A stretch of 64,000 nucleotides of DNA, taken from the NCBI RefSeq assembly GCF_020745735.1, contig NC_083439.1:13158596-13222595 (forward strand), in the 5' to 3' direction. The DNA is from Hemiscyllium ocellatum (taxonomy: Eukaryota). This document shows, in pieces, positions 1 to 12,899 of this stretch. The notes below the pieces were generated by a model. That model had not been told where the DNA came from, ran no database searches, and was given only the letters and a program-made list of their open reading frames with translations. The translations under genes and the position numbers were made by a program. Each line of letters opens with the position of its first letter. Positions within the stretch are counted from its first letter, which is position 1.

Positions 1-492
1 TGGGCTCCCTACCTAATTAATGATTGAATTGCCTTAGGCAGAGTTGAACAAAGTTTCACAAGGTTGATTCCTGAGTTCAGAGATTTGACTCATCAGTTAA
101 CAGCTGACCAGAAGAGCATTATATTTCACCTGAAGTTGGAAAGCTAATCTCATTGCGAATATGACATTCTTCGAGGGTTCGCTGGGGAGGAAACTGAGAG
201 GCTGTTTCCCCACTAGAGAGTCCACAACCCACGGTCATATTAGAAAAAGGATAAAATTCTTCAGAGTGGTATAAATCTCCAGAATTGTCTGCTGTAGAGG
301 ACTGTGTAAATTCAAGAATGACATCAGTATATTTGGGGCACTAAGGGAATTTGGGGAAGGGAAATTTGAGGTAATTCAGCATTAAGGAAACATAGTAGGA
401 CCTCATATTGGTCTAAACATATTCTTATTTTATTATTGCACAGAATCTTATGTTATAACAACATTTCTTTTCAATTATCCAACAGGATCCAG

Positions 493-2115
493 ATGCTATT
501 TGCTCACAATATGGATTGTCTTGCATGGAAAAGTAGGTTCCAGATTGCATTCACACTCAGTGTCTTCTTCATCCTATCTGGCTCAATTACTCAAGGGGCT
601 AATATATTGGTTGTTCCTGTGGATGGAAGCCACTGGATCAATATGAGGATTCTAATTGAACAACTGAAACCACGTGGACATAACATTTCTGTGCTTCATT
701 TCCCAGGAACTTTGTACATTAAAGAGAAGCCTGATCTATATCAATCCATTATGGTTGGAGTGCACAGAGCTGCTGGATATAATAACAGTGCAGACATTAC
801 CCAGAGTTTAATAAAAAACGCATTGGAAGCTTTACAGAATGGCTATTACTCTTTTGCATTTCATTACGAAACTATGTCTTTTCTCCTCAATTTTCACACA
901 TGGTCACGAGAGTGTATTATTGCAATTTTTCAAGACAAACATTTGTTAAAACAACTGGAAATTGCCCACTTTGACTTAGTACTGACCGACCCCGCTTTTC
1001 TTACTGGTTCAATTGTGGCTTATTATTTCAAAATCCCCATAGTGTACAACGTCCGATGGGTTACTACTGGAGAAGCTCAGTTTTTAGCTGCCCCATCACC
1101 ACTGTCCTTCGTCCCAATCCCTGGTTCCAGATTGACGGATAAAATGAGTTTTCTTCAAAGAACACAAAACGTATGTCAAAGTCTGCTTCAAACGCTCATG
1201 TTAAATAATTTAGTTGAGCCAATGTACAAAGATCTCTGCCATCGTTATCTGGGCCCAGACACAGACATTGAGACTGTTCTTCTCAGTGCAGATGTGTGGC
1301 TGATGAGAGTAGATTTTATATTTGAATTCCCAAGACCTACCATGCCAAATATTGTTTATGTTGGAGGATTCCAGTGCAAACCATCAAAACCTCTAGAGGC
1401 AGAGTTTGAAGAATTTGTCCAGTCCTCAGGGGAATATGGGATTATTGTCATGTCAATGGGGACCATTGTCAGCTCTTTGCCAATGCATATCACAATGAAA
1501 ATAGCAGAGGCCTTGGCTCAAGTGCCTCAGAAAGTTATCTGGAAGTATGATGGAGAGATCCCTCCCAACATTGGAAATAATATTTTACTGTCAAAATGGA
1601 TCCCTCAGAATGATCTACTAGGTCACCCAAAGACACAAGTCTTTGTTGCTCATGGTGGCACCAATGGAGTTTATGAAGCCATCTATCATGGGGTGCCAGT
1701 AGTTGGCATACCTCTGCTTTTTGACCAGTTTGATAATTTACTCAGACTTGAAGTCCGAGGTGCAGCAAAAGTGATGAACGTTGCAACCATGCAGTCAACA
1801 GATCTACTGCAGGCAATTAATGAGGTTATATATAACACCTCTTATCGGGAGAACATGCAGAAACTCTCCGCTCTCCACAGAGACCAACCCGAGTCTCCAA
1901 TGGAGAGAGCTATTTTCTGGATTGAGTACGTTGCCCGACACAAAGGGGCAGCACATTTACGCTCAGAATCTTACCGACTCCCCTGGTACGTTTACTATTG
2001 TGTAGATGTGATGATCTTCCTGGTGTCTTTGTTCTTCATGTTTACTACATTGTTAGTCCTGCTATTGAAGAAGCTTTGTAATATATCTCGAAAGAAGAAA
2101 CAAAAGACCCAGTAA
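493..2115 (+). CDS. UDP-glucuronosyltransferase, intronless CDS (UGT5-type), copy 1, ~540 aa
   Basis: Signal peptide, catalytic His in DGSHW, FDLVLTDP, UGT signature WIPQNDLLGHPKTQVFVAHGGTNGVYEAIYHGVPVVGIPLLFDQ, C-terminal TM helix and dilysine KKKQKTQ. Splice acceptor (..tccaacAG at 484-485) lies just before ATG 493; a second in-frame ATG is at 511. An uninterrupted CDS fits the fish UGT5 family. Confidence 0.93.
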   Translation: MLFAHNMDCLAWKSRFQIAFTLSVFFILSGSITQGANILVVPVDGSHWINMRILIEQLKPRGHNISVLHFPGTLYIKEKPDLYQSIMVGVHRAAGYNNSADITQSLIKNALEALQNGYYSFAFHYETMSFLLNFHTWSRECIIAIFQDKHLLKQLEIAHFDLVLTDPAFLTGSIVAYYFKIPIVYNVRWVTTGEAQFLAAPSPLSFVPIPGSRLTDKMSFLQRTQNVCQSLLQTLMLNNLVEPMYKDLCHRYLGPDTDIETVLLSADVWLMRVDFIFEFPRPTMPNIVYVGGFQCKPSKPLEAEFEEFVQSSGEYGIIVMSMGTIVSSLPMHITMKIAEALAQVPQKVIWKYDGEIPPNIGNNILLSKWIPQNDLLGHPKTQVFVAHGGTNGVYEAIYHGVPVVGIPLLFDQFDNLLRLEVRGAAKVMNVATMQSTDLLQAINEVIYNTSYRENMQKLSALHRDQPESPMERAIFWIEYVARHKGAAHLRSESYRLPWYVYYCVDVMIFLVSLFFMFTTLLVLLLKKLCNISRKKKQKTQ

Positions 2116-2677
2116 GGTTTTTACTTTGGTTTTGAATTCTATCACATTGACAGTAGACTCCTTTATTCCTGTATCAAATACAATTATGTTTAATTTTAAA
2201 CAAACTTTGGTGAGATAACACTGGAAAAGCATGGCAGTAAATAGTGATTATTAGTCAATAAGAGCGGGTACGAAGGGTGAATTTCTGTTTAGTAGAATGT
2301 TTTATCTGATGCAACACTGCTTATGTTATCCTCATAACATAGAAGGCAACATATACATGATATAGTATTGGAGAATGCAATAGACATGTATTACAGCACA
2401 ATACGATATACAAATATTACATTCATGAGCACATCAATATTTGGGCTCACATTAACTATTTGGTTATTAACAGCAGATTGCTTTCATTAGCCTGTCGTGC
2501 CACATGCGATCTCAAGTAAGATGGAGTCTTTGACTTTTATACCATAAGGTCACATGCTACGATACAGCAATGATCATGAGCATCATTCTTAAAGGTATAC
2601 TGACCATGAGAGATCAAATACAATTCCATGTGTGGTGGAGAGTTTAAATAAGTTTGTGAGGCCTCTGAGGTTCACTG

Positions 2678-2816
2678 CTGAAAAGGTGTTGCTGGTCAAA
2701 GCACAGCAGGCCAGGCAGCATCTCAGGAATAGGGAATTCGACGTTTTGAGCATAAGCCCTTGACCAGCAACACATTTTCAGCTGTGATCTCCAGCATCTG
2801 CAGACCTCATTTTTTA
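2678..2816. mobile_element. Penelope pLTR-derived fold-back mini-element (centre deleted) with 15-bp TSD
   Basis: Inverted arms ctgaaaaggtgttgctggtcaa / ttgaccagcaacacattttcag; direct repeat ctctgaggttcactg at 2663-2677 and 2817-2831. Confidence 0.85.
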
Positions 2817-3861
2817 CTCTGAGGTTCACTGGTAAAGATACCCATTTGATCTCAGTCATCAGATCAGTTCTTTCATGTCCAGAGATTGCCAAGTTTTTGC
2901 ATATATCAGTAAATTTGAGCCCTCTCCTATACCCTCTATTTGTGTTGGTCATGTCCTGGCCATTGAAAGTAAGTTTCTCTGTAGAGAGCTTTGATAGGCT
3001 TGAATACACACCAGGCATAAGCAGCTGGTTTCATTTACACTGCTGTGAACTTCATACAGTACCACATCATTACATACAAAAAAGGGCATCAAGTTTTATA
3101 AAGCGTTGAGCTATGCAATTCTACTGAAATCTTGAAAGAGCGAAGGTGACCATTGTAAGAATAATGTGATCTTACAAAATATTGTTTTGAAGACAAAGAT
3201 TATTCTACACTTGGCAGTGGTTTCTTGTTCTTGATGTGAGATAATCTTCATTAATGCTAAATGAAGAATCATATTTCTTAACCCATTAAAACAATGTCCT
3301 TGTACCAATTGATTTGAAACACCTGTTAATGAAATGATCAAATTATTAATAAAGAATAAACAAAGCTTTTGAATGATTTGTCCATTTTCTTTGTTGATTT
3401 TGCAAATACTGGTAACACTTCCAAACATGCATCCAGGAAGAGAGTGGGACCAAATGTTCAGAAAACCCTGGATATTGAGGAATGCGCAGGATTGGATAAG
3501 GAGAAAATGTGGAACCCTATGGTCGAACCCAAGGGCTTAGAGCACACCTGAAGCCCCAGAGGGGTATAGAATGTGCAACAAGTTACTTTGAAAAGAAGGT
3601 AGGAAGGCAAGGAAGACCATGAAAAAAAACACTGGCGGGTTAAATAAGGGAGAATCCAAAGGCATTTACAACTATGTTAGGAGCGAGATAATAACTGGAG
3701 ATAATGGGAAGATTGAATGATGTCTTCACCCAACTCAAACATCTGGAAGGAGGTATAAATTAGGTTCATGTCAGTCTCATTGCTCATGACACCACACTGA
3801 CCTGTCATGGTCTTTGTGATGTAGCTTCCAGGCTCTGTCCCCATTTTGATCATTGACCATT

Positions 3862-4260
3862 AGATATAGGAGGTGAATTAGGTCATTCAGTCCATTGGGT
3901 CTGCTCTGCAGATATGCCTCTCAATCCTATTTTCCTGCCTTCTCCCCATAACTATTGATTCCCCTACTAATCAAGAACCTATCTATCTGTCTTAAATACA
4001 CTCAATTACTTGATCTCCACAGCCTTCTGCAGAAATGGGTTCCCACAGATTAGCCACCCAGTGGCTGAAGAAACTCCTCTGCATCTCAGTTCTTAAGGGT
4101 TGTCCTTTCTGTTTCAGGCTGTGCCTTTGAGTCCTAGTCTCTCCTGCTAGTGAAACATTCTCTTGAACCTCCACTCAATTCATGTATCTCAGCACTCTCT
4201 AAGTGTCAATGCGACTCCCCCCTCATCCTCCAAAATTCTATTGAATGCTAACCCAGACTG
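3862..4260 (-). mobile_element. CR1-type LINE 3' fragment
   Basis: ORF remnant LRTEMQRSFFSHWVANLW matches the CR1 ORF2 C-terminus, followed by a 3' UTR. Confidence 0.7.
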
Positions 4261-4880
4261 CTTTCACCTTCCCAGCTCCTAAGCATTCAAAACATCACAT
4301 TGAGAGCAAGTAGACATCATAGAGTGGCAGTTCGATGATGCTGGTCCCAGACAGCTTTAGTATCCACTTGCTTTGGTTCTCCAATGGTTGTAGATAAGGA
4401 CAGTCTGCCATTTAAGGTTAATGTCATATTCGATGCTATTGTCTCAGAGGAAACAACACCACAAAGAATCCTCAAAACCCTGGTTCCACTTTGGATGAGT
4501 AATCTGAGGGGAATGTTTGAAGTAGAGTAGTATTTTAGTAGCAGTACTCTGGAACCTTCACATCAGCCACAATGAAACAACTTGTGCATTTCCCACAACG
4601 TTGCACGGAGTCAACAATTTCACAAAGAAACCAATATCATGTCTTTGGATGGAGCTCTGAGCTACTTAAGGTCATGCAGATGCAATATGTGGATCCAAAG
4701 TATTGATGCAATGGAGGGGGGATCAACTAACCACATACAACTGAGGCAAGATCAGTTAATAATGATGTGCAAACGCTTGGAAATGAGATAGTTGTACTCA
4801 CTAGCGAGATCTAGAACTGGTCATTCAACGCTTATGAAGAAAATCAGAACATTTCCTTGACATTGAGATTTAGACACACA

Positions 4881-5660
4881 ATGGTAAGGTCCTGGGGCGT
4901 ATTGCTGAACAAGGGGACCTTGGAGTGCAGGTTCATAGTTCCTTGCAAGTGGAGTTGCAGGTAGATAGGATAGTGAAGAAAGTGTTTGGTATGCTTTCCT
5001 TTATTGGTCAGAACATTGAGTATAGGGGTTGGGAGGTCATGTCACAGCTGTACAGGACATTGGTTAGGCCACTTTTTGAATATTGTATGCAATTTTAGTC
5101 TCCCTCCAATAGGAAGGATGTTGTGAAATCTGAAAGTGCTCAGACAAGATTTACAAGAATGTTGCTAGGGTTGGAGGGTTTGAGATAAAGGGAGAGACTG
5201 AATAGACTGGGACTGTTTTCCCTAGAGTGTTGGAGGTTGAAGAGTGACGTTATAGAGGTTTATAAAATCATGAGTGGCATGTATAGGGTAAATAGTCAAA
5301 GTCTTTCCCCTGGGGTGGGGTCTCCAGAAATGGAGGACATAGATTTAAGGTGAGAGGGGAAAGATTTAAAAGGGACCTAAGGGGTAATTTTTTAACACAA
5401 AAGGTGGTGCGTGCCAGATTGTGACTTAATACTGACTGATTTCTTATAGGTCCAATGACCTACCAGAGGAAATGGTGGAGGCAGGTACAATTACAAAATT
5501 TAAAAGACATCTGGATGGATATATGAATAGGAAGAGTTTAGAGGGACATGGGCCAAATGCTGGCAAAGGGGACTAGATTAATTTAGGATTTCTGGTCGGC
5601 ATGGATGAATTGGACTGAAGGATCTTTTTCTGCACTAAAATATCTTGATGACTCTATGAT
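4881..5660 (+). mobile_element. CR1/HER1-type LINE 3' fragment
   Basis: Degenerate ORF2 C-terminus (LEYCMQF, RFTRML) and (gactctat)n-type tail; same family as 8906, 35029, 37238. Confidence 0.85.
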
Positions 5661-7121
5661 TTTCCCATATTTCTCATAATTGCTCAAGCTGCTGAGTGGC
5701 TGGGAAAAGTCTTGCCCTGCATTTGGTTTTCTGAAAGACACACACTTTTAGAACAAATATCCATATTAAATTCATTGGAAATATTAATTTCCAGCAGCTT
5801 TAAATCCTCCAATTGGCCTTTAGCAGTAAGAATCAAGGATTTAACGTTGACACTACCATTAATTCTAGGATTAGGTAATTTGGTCCATATGTTGGGCTTT
5901 TCAGGAGTAAAGCTTGGAAATAGCTCTACAAGAAAACTTTGGAAGAAATTTGGAACTCACAAAGGGCATGGGTAAGGGTTGGAAGTGATCTATTGGTGTT
6001 ATCACAGGACTGTTAACACAGAGGCCCAGGTAATAATGATCTGTGGACCTGGATTTCTAGCCTGACATGGTAGATGTTAGAATTCTGAATTCAATAATAA
6101 AAATTCTGGGATTATGAGTCTAATGATGACTACAAAACCATTGCTAATTGTTGGAAAAACCCATCAGTAATGACCTTTAGGGAATGAGACTCTCAACCTT
6201 ACTTGTGATTGGTCTACACATGACTCCAGACCCACAACAATGTGGTTGCCTCTCAATTGACCTCTGGATGGTAATAAATGCTGGAAGTTTCAGTTACAAA
6301 GAAAGACTGGATAGGCTGGGACCTTTTTCACTGGAGCACAGGATGCTGAGTGATGATTGCACGGAAGTTTATAATGCTTACTGTGAATGAATACAAAACA
6401 ATAGGATGATTAGGTCAAGCAAACCTTCAATTTGAGATTAATAAACTTTTATCCATTGGAAGTTTTAAAGCATATGGGCCAAAGGCGGTTATCTGTAATT
6501 GTTTGTCATTAGACTATTGAATGACAGACCAGTCTTAAATGACTTAAAAGCCTTCTCCTGTTCCAATAGCTGTTCATAAATACTATTTGGAGATGTTGGA
6601 AATCAATAGAAACAACATCACGATGCCTGAGCTAACAAGTGAATGTTTTCACTGTGGAACAATAAACAACAGAGCTCATTTTGAACTCTTGACTGGAGAC
6701 TGTGTGTGACTAGAACGATGTACAGGAGCAACCAGAACTCAGGTAAATCGATGCTGTTTCCAGCAAAAGGTGACAGAGAGTAAATTCCAAGGTTGTGGTG
6801 GAAAATCCAAGCCTCTAGAAAACTGATCGTTGCTATGCTGCAGCTTCCAGGGAGCGCATTGAAAAGCCTGACTGGCTTCCTGACACATTTTACTCAGCAA
6901 TTTAGTGCAGTAGACCCCTGTTAAGGGGTGGACTCAAATTCCAGCACAGTCTTATGTGCGTCATGGCACGCCAAAAAGGGCCTTTTATGACTGATTTCCA
7001 GGAATCCTCATTTGCCATCAAAAAAGTGATGTTAAAATGAGTGCTCGATGGGAGCAGAGCAGTAACAATTCATCTGCTGACCTTTGAACAGAAAACAGAA
7101 AATGCCAGAAATATTAATAAG

Positions 7122-7592
7122 CTAGAGAGGGTTTAGAAGAAATTTACCAGGATGTTGCTGGGCATGAAAATTTGAGTTACAAAGAAAGACTGGATAGGCT
7201 GGGACCTTTTTCACTGGAGCACAGGATGCTGAGCGGTGATTGCACAGAAGTTTATAAAATCATGAGGGGTGAAGATAGAATTAATAGTAATGTCTTTTCC
7301 CTAGAATGGGGGATTTCAAGACTGGGAGCACATTTTTAGGTGAGAGGAGAGAGATTTTAAAAAGTCATGAGGGACAAATATTTTATACAGAGGGTGGTTC
7401 ACATGTGGAATGAACTTCCTGAGGAAGCAGTGGATGTGGGTACAATTTCAATGTTTAAAAGACACTTGGATAAGTACGTGTGGGATACGGGCCAGGAGTG
7501 GGTAAATGGGATTAGTTTAGTTTAGGATTATTTGGGATTATGGACTGGTTGGAGTGAAGGGGTTGGTTCTATACTGTATGACTCTATGACTC
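7122..7592 (+). mobile_element. CR1/HER1-type LINE 3' fragment
   Basis: ORF2 C-terminal homology and tail gactctatgactctat. Confidence 0.8.
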
Positions 7593-8905
7593 TATAAATA
7601 CTCAGCAACTCAGACAGCAATTGAAGGGAGAGAAACATAATTAGGTTGATAGCATTTAATTGGAACTGGTCAACTTTGATCTTGGCACCGTACCTGGGAA
7701 TGATGAATGTGAAAATTTGGGAAGTGTGCAGAGTTTTGGTCTCCCTCTCTAAATCAGGAGTGATTTGCATGAAGGTTCACGAGGTTGGTATCTGGTTTCA
7801 GAGGCATGTCTTAGGTGTAACGCTTGCAGGACAGACACACAACCTCTGGAATTTAGCAGTTTAAAAGATAATGGCACAGCAAAGAATAATATTCTTATAG
7901 AATTTGTCAGAGAAGTTGTATTTCTAAACAAGACAGTCTAGAATTCATGGTTGCAGCAGCAGTGTAAGATAAACATTCATCAACCAGGATTAAGAATCAG
8001 TAAATTCTCTATCCGAGAGGAAGGTTGGACAATCAGTCAATGAATACGTTGAAAATGAATTGAATAGATTACTGGCAAAAGGGAAATTCTCAAAGGGAGA
8101 TTTGAGGTACATCAGCCTTAGCTTAGTGAAAAACAAGAGTTTCAGTGGCCAATAGTCTTCAGCCTGCTTCTACTTTTAATATTATGTTTTAAAATTTATG
8201 CTATGCAGCATTCCCCTTCAATTCTCCAACAGGATCTGAACCACTTTCAAATTGGACTATTTTGAATTGAAAATAAGGGTCCAAGTTGCATATGCTCTTG
8301 GTTATCATCATCACACTGTCTTGCCCAATTACCCAAGGGGCTAATGTATTGACTGTTCCTATTGATGGAAGTCACTGGGTCAATATGAGCTTTCTAATTG
8401 AAGAACTGTGGGCACAATCTCAGTGTGTTTTATTTTTCAAAATCATGATCCATCAAAGGGAGGCCTGATCTATACTAGTCCATTTTGACTGGAATGCAAG
8501 GATTAACTGGGAAAAAAAATCCAACTGCAGACTTCACACAAACTTTGGTACAAAATGCACTGGAAGCCTTAGAGAATGGTTGAGATTCTGTTGTGTTGCA
8601 AAGTGAAATGTTACCTTTTTATGCATGTTACATTTAGACACAAGAGTTAAATATTATTATTTTTGAAAACAAAGGTTTGTAAGAACAACTTGAAAATGCA
8701 GATTGTGACTTAATACTGACTGATTCTGCTTTTCTTATAGGTCCAATGCTTGCTTATTACTTAAGACACCCCATGGTTCAAGGTTCATTTCCCAACCATC
8801 CCATCACCACTGTTCAATGAACCACTCTCTAACTCACAACTGAATGACAACATGGGTTTCAGCCAGAGAAAATGGTACCATAAATATTTTTCAATGCTAC
8901 ACATT

Positions 8906-9461
8906 TAGGCCACTGTTGGAATGTTGCATGCAATTCTGGTCTCCTTCTTATTGGAACGATGTTGTGAAACTTGAAAGGATCCGAAAAGATTTACAAGGAT
9001 GTTGCCAGGGTTGGAGGATTTGAGCTATTGGGAGAGGTTGAATAGGCAAGGGCTGTTTTCCCTGGAGCATCGGAGACTGAGGGTGACCTTATAGAGGTTT
9101 ATAAAATCACGAGGGACATGGATAGGATAAATAGACAAAGTCTTTTCCCTGGGGTGGGGAGTCCAGAACTAGAGGGCATAGGTTTAGGGTGAGAGGGCTA
9201 AGATATAAAAGAGACCTAAGGGGCAACCTTTTCACTCAGAGGGTGGTACATGTATGGAATGAGCTGCCAGAGGAAGCGGTCAAGGCTAGTACAATTGCAA
9301 CATTTAAGAAGCATCTGTATGGGTATATGAATAGGAAGGGTTTGGAGGGATATGGGTCAGGTGCTGGCAGGTGGAACTAGATTGGGTTGGGATATCTGGT
9401 CGGCATAGATGGGTTGGACCAAAGGGTCTGTTTCCGTGCTGTACATCTCTATGACTCTATG
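8906..9461 (+). mobile_element. CR1/HER1 LINE 3' fragment inserted in the UGT pseudogene
   Basis: FTQRVVHVWNELPEEAV motif and ctctatgactctatgac tail; UGT homology on both sides. Confidence 0.88.
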
Positions 9462-10092
9462 ACATCATATATTCTAACTTGTTCCATTTACAAAGAACTC
9501 TGTCATTGCTCTCTCATAGACACTAACATTGAGATTGTTCTTGTACAGCAGATGTGTTGTTGATAAGAGTTAATTTTTCATTTGAATTCCCATGACCCAA
9601 ATATTGCTTACATTGGAGAATTCCAGTGCAAACCATCCAAACCTCTAGAGGCAGATTTTGAAGAGTATGTCTAGTCTTCAGGGGAACATGGGATTATTGT
9701 CATGTCATTGGGGACAATTGTTAGCTCTTTGCCAATGCTTAATACAATGAAAACAGCTGAGGTCTTTGCTTAAGTACCTCAGAAAGTTATCTGGAGATGT
9801 AATGGATGGATCCCACACAACATCAGAAATAATTTGTTACTGGCAAAATGGATCCCTCAGAGTGAACTACTCAGGCACCCAAAAACAAAGTTTTACTGCC
9901 CTTATTGGCACAAATGGCACTTATAAAGCTGTATGTTATAGGGTAACAATAATTGATGTACCTCTGCTTTTTTTCAGGTTTGACTATTTGTTTCGGCTTG
10001 AAACCTGATGTAATGCAAATGTGTTTCATATCCCAACCATGGAGTCAACATATCTATTGCAGGCACTTAATGAAGTTATAAATAACACCATC

Positions 10093-11620
10093 GAGAGTGT
10101 GATGCTGGGAAAGCACACTAGGTCAGGCAGCAATCGAGGAGCAGGAGAATCCATGTTTCAGGCATGAGACCGTTCATCAGGAATGAGGCTTGTGACCTCA
10201 GAGGGTAGAGAGATAAATGAGAGGGGGGTGGGGCTGGGGGGGGGGGGGGGAAGGTAGCTGAGAGTGCAATATGTTGTTGAAGGTGGGGGTGATGGTGATA
10301 GGTTGGAGAGGAAGGTGGAGTGGGTTGGTAGGAAGGAAGATGGATAGGTAGGACAGGTCAGGAGGGCAGTGCCAAGTTGGAAGGTGGGATCTGGGATAAG
10401 GTGAGGGGAGGGGGAATGAGGAAACCGGTGAAATCCACATTAATCCCATGTGGATGGAGGGTCCCAAGGTAGGAGATGACGCGTTCTTCCTCCAGGTATC
10501 AGGTGGTTAGGGTTTGATGATGGAGGAGGCCCAGGACCTGCATGTCCTTGGCGGAGTGGGAGGGGGAGTTAAAGTGTTTGGCTATTGGGCAGTGGGGTTG
10601 CTTTGTGTGCGTGTTCAAATGATGTTCTCTGAAGTGTTCTGCAAGTAGGTGTCCTGTCTCCCCAATGTAGAGATCTCCGCATTGGGAGTAAGGGATATAG
10701 TAAATGACATGTGTGAAGGTGCAGGTAAATTTCTGGCGGATGTGGAAGGCTCTTTTGAGGCCTTGGACGGAGATGAGAGGGGAGTTGTGTGCACAGGTTT
10801 TGCAATTCGTGCAGCGCGAGGGAGAGAGAGTTGGTGGGGTCATGGACCTGACAAAAGAGTCACAGAGGGAATGGTATTTATAGAACATAGATAGGGGTGG
10901 GGAGGAAATATATCCCTGGTGGTGGGGTCTGTTTGTAGGTGGCAGAAATGTCCTTGTTGCGACTGGAGGGGTGGGGTTCAAGGATGGAGGAGCAGGAATT
11001 GAATACAATGCACTGCAGGGCACCATCGACCACGTGGGAGAGAAATTGCGGTCTCTATGAAGGAGTAAAAAGTAAGGTCTGCAGATGCTGGAGATCAGAG
11101 CTGAAAATGTGTTGCTGGTTAAAGCACAGCAGGTCAGGCAGCATCCAAGGAACAGGAAATTCGACGTTTCGGGCCTGAGCCCTTCATCAGGCTCTGGCCT
11201 GAAACATAGAATTTCCTGTTCCTTGGATGCTGCCTAACCTGCTGTGCTTTAACCAGCAACACATTTTCAGTCTCTATGAAGGAGGCCATCTTCTGTGTTC
11301 TGTGGTGGAATTGGTCCTCCTGGGAGTAGATGCAGCAGAGGCTGAGGAATTGGGAATAAAGGATAGCGTTTTTACAGGAGGGAGGGAAGGAGAAGGTGTG
11401 GAGTCGGTCACCATTGATGGAGGTAGAGAGGTCCTGGAAGGGGAGGGAGGTGTCCAAGCTGGTCCAGGTGAACTTATGGTCGGGGTGGAAAATGTTGGTG
11501 AGGTTGATGAACTGTTCAAACTCCTGGTGGGAGCATGAAGTGGTGCTGATACAGTCATCAATGTCGTGGAGGAAAAGGTGGGGAATCGTGCTGGTGTAGG
11601 TGCGGAAGATAGACTGTTTC
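10093..11620 (-). mobile_element. 5'-truncated Penelope-like element (Neptune-type): RT C-terminus + GIY-YIG endonuclease + 3' pLTR
   Basis: HLFLHDIDDCI (YIDD-like), CxxC linker CTNCKTC, VIY..C..LYIGETG..RFREH-like GIY-YIG; degenerate flanking repeat ttataaataacaccatc (10076-10092) / ttataactaacacatc (11621-11636). Confidence 0.88.
11066..11270. mobile_element. Penelope pLTR fold-back mini-element nested in an older PLE, 14-15 bp TSD
   Basis: ~70-bp inverted arms; gtctctatgaaggag at 11051-11065 and 11270-11284. Confidence 0.88.
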
Positions 11621-12225
11621 TTATAACTAACACATCCAACCACGAGTACATGCACAAACTCTCTGCTCTCCACAGAGACCAACACAAGACTCCAGTGGAG
11701 AGAGCCATTTTCTGGACTGAGTGCGTTGCCTGAAACAAAGGAGCAGCTTATTTATGTTCAATAGTCTTACCAACTCCCCTGGCACATTTACTATTGTGTA
11801 GATGTGATGATCTTCCTGGTGTCTTTGTTCCTCATGCTTACAGAGCAGACAGTCCTACGATTGAAAAAGCTTTGCAACCCCTCTTGGATTAAAAAAGCTA
11901 AAAACTCAGTAAGATTTATACCTTAGCTGGCAAAGGAAATCTTTGAATTATTTCACTTTGCTAATAAAATCCTTTACTCCAGTATCTAATGCATTTATTT
12001 CTAGATATTAAAAATTAAATGCATAATTTGGTGAGAAATCACTGGAATAGCATACTGGTCAATAGTAATCAGCATGAGCAGGTAAAACAGGTGAAATTTT
12101 ATTTGTATGCCAAATTTAATGAAAAGATCAACATGTTTTAGAAGTATTATTCATAACAAATCAAAATATTAGCTGACTTACTTCACTTTTGCCTGCAGCA
12201 GGATTTTTTTATCTACTTGTTAATT

Positions 12226-12502
12226 TAGATTAGATTAGATTACTTACAGTGTGGAAACAGGCCCTTTGGCCCAACAAGTCCACACCAACCCGCCGAAGCG
12301 CAACCCACCCATACCCCTACATTTACCCGACCTAACACTACGGGCAATTTAGCATGGCCAATTCACCTGACCCACACATCTTTGGACTGTGGGAGGAAAC
12401 CGGAGCACCCGGAGGAAACCCACGCAGACACAGGGAGAACGTGCAAACTCCACATAGTCAGTCACCTGAGGCGGGAATTGAACCCAGGTCTCTGGCGCTG
12501 TG
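12226..12502 (-). mobile_element. HE1-type V-SINE, 5'-truncated
   Basis: V-domain ..gtttgcacgttctccctgtgtctgcgtgggtttcctccgggtgctccggtttcctcccacag.. and (aatct)n tail on the - strand. Confidence 0.88.
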
Positions 12503-12899
12503 TTATCCCTCAAGTTTTATGAAGTGTTAAGTTATACAATTCTACTGAAATCTGGGAAAAGTGAAGGTGACTATTATAAGAATAATGTGATCTTACAAAA
12601 TGTTGTTGTGAAGACAAAGATTATTCTACACTTAGCATTGGTTTCTCATTATTGGAGTGAGATCACCCTCATCAATGCTAAGTGAAGATTCATATTTCTT
12701 AACCCACAACAACAATGTGCTTGTCCCAATTGATTTCAAACGGCTGTTAATGAAACAACCAAAATATTAGTAAAGAATCATCATTCTCACAAGGAAGTAG
12801 ATTTTCAGGCTCTTAGGATTTGTCAACTTTCCATGAATTTCAACAATGATTTTTGTTTACTAATACTAATTTTGCTCCCAATTAGCTATTTTTGTCTTT

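Larger units (their letters stand above)
8233..11912 (+). pseudogene. UGT5-type pseudogene interrupted by CR1 (8906-9461) and Penelope (10093-11620) insertions
   Basis: Same acceptor context (ccaacAG 8231-8232) but ATGs lost. ITQGANVLTVPIDGSHWVNM is recognisable, then frameshifts and stops. The UGT C-terminus resumes at ~11637 and ends with TAA 11910-11912. The downstream flank is homologous to that of copy 1. Confidence 0.92.

Noticed and set aside
436-492. ORF-track N-terminal extensions of the UGTs (436 and 39718 starts)
   Set aside because: They start at TTG and run through the polypyrimidine tract and acceptor; the real starts are the ATGs after the acceptor.
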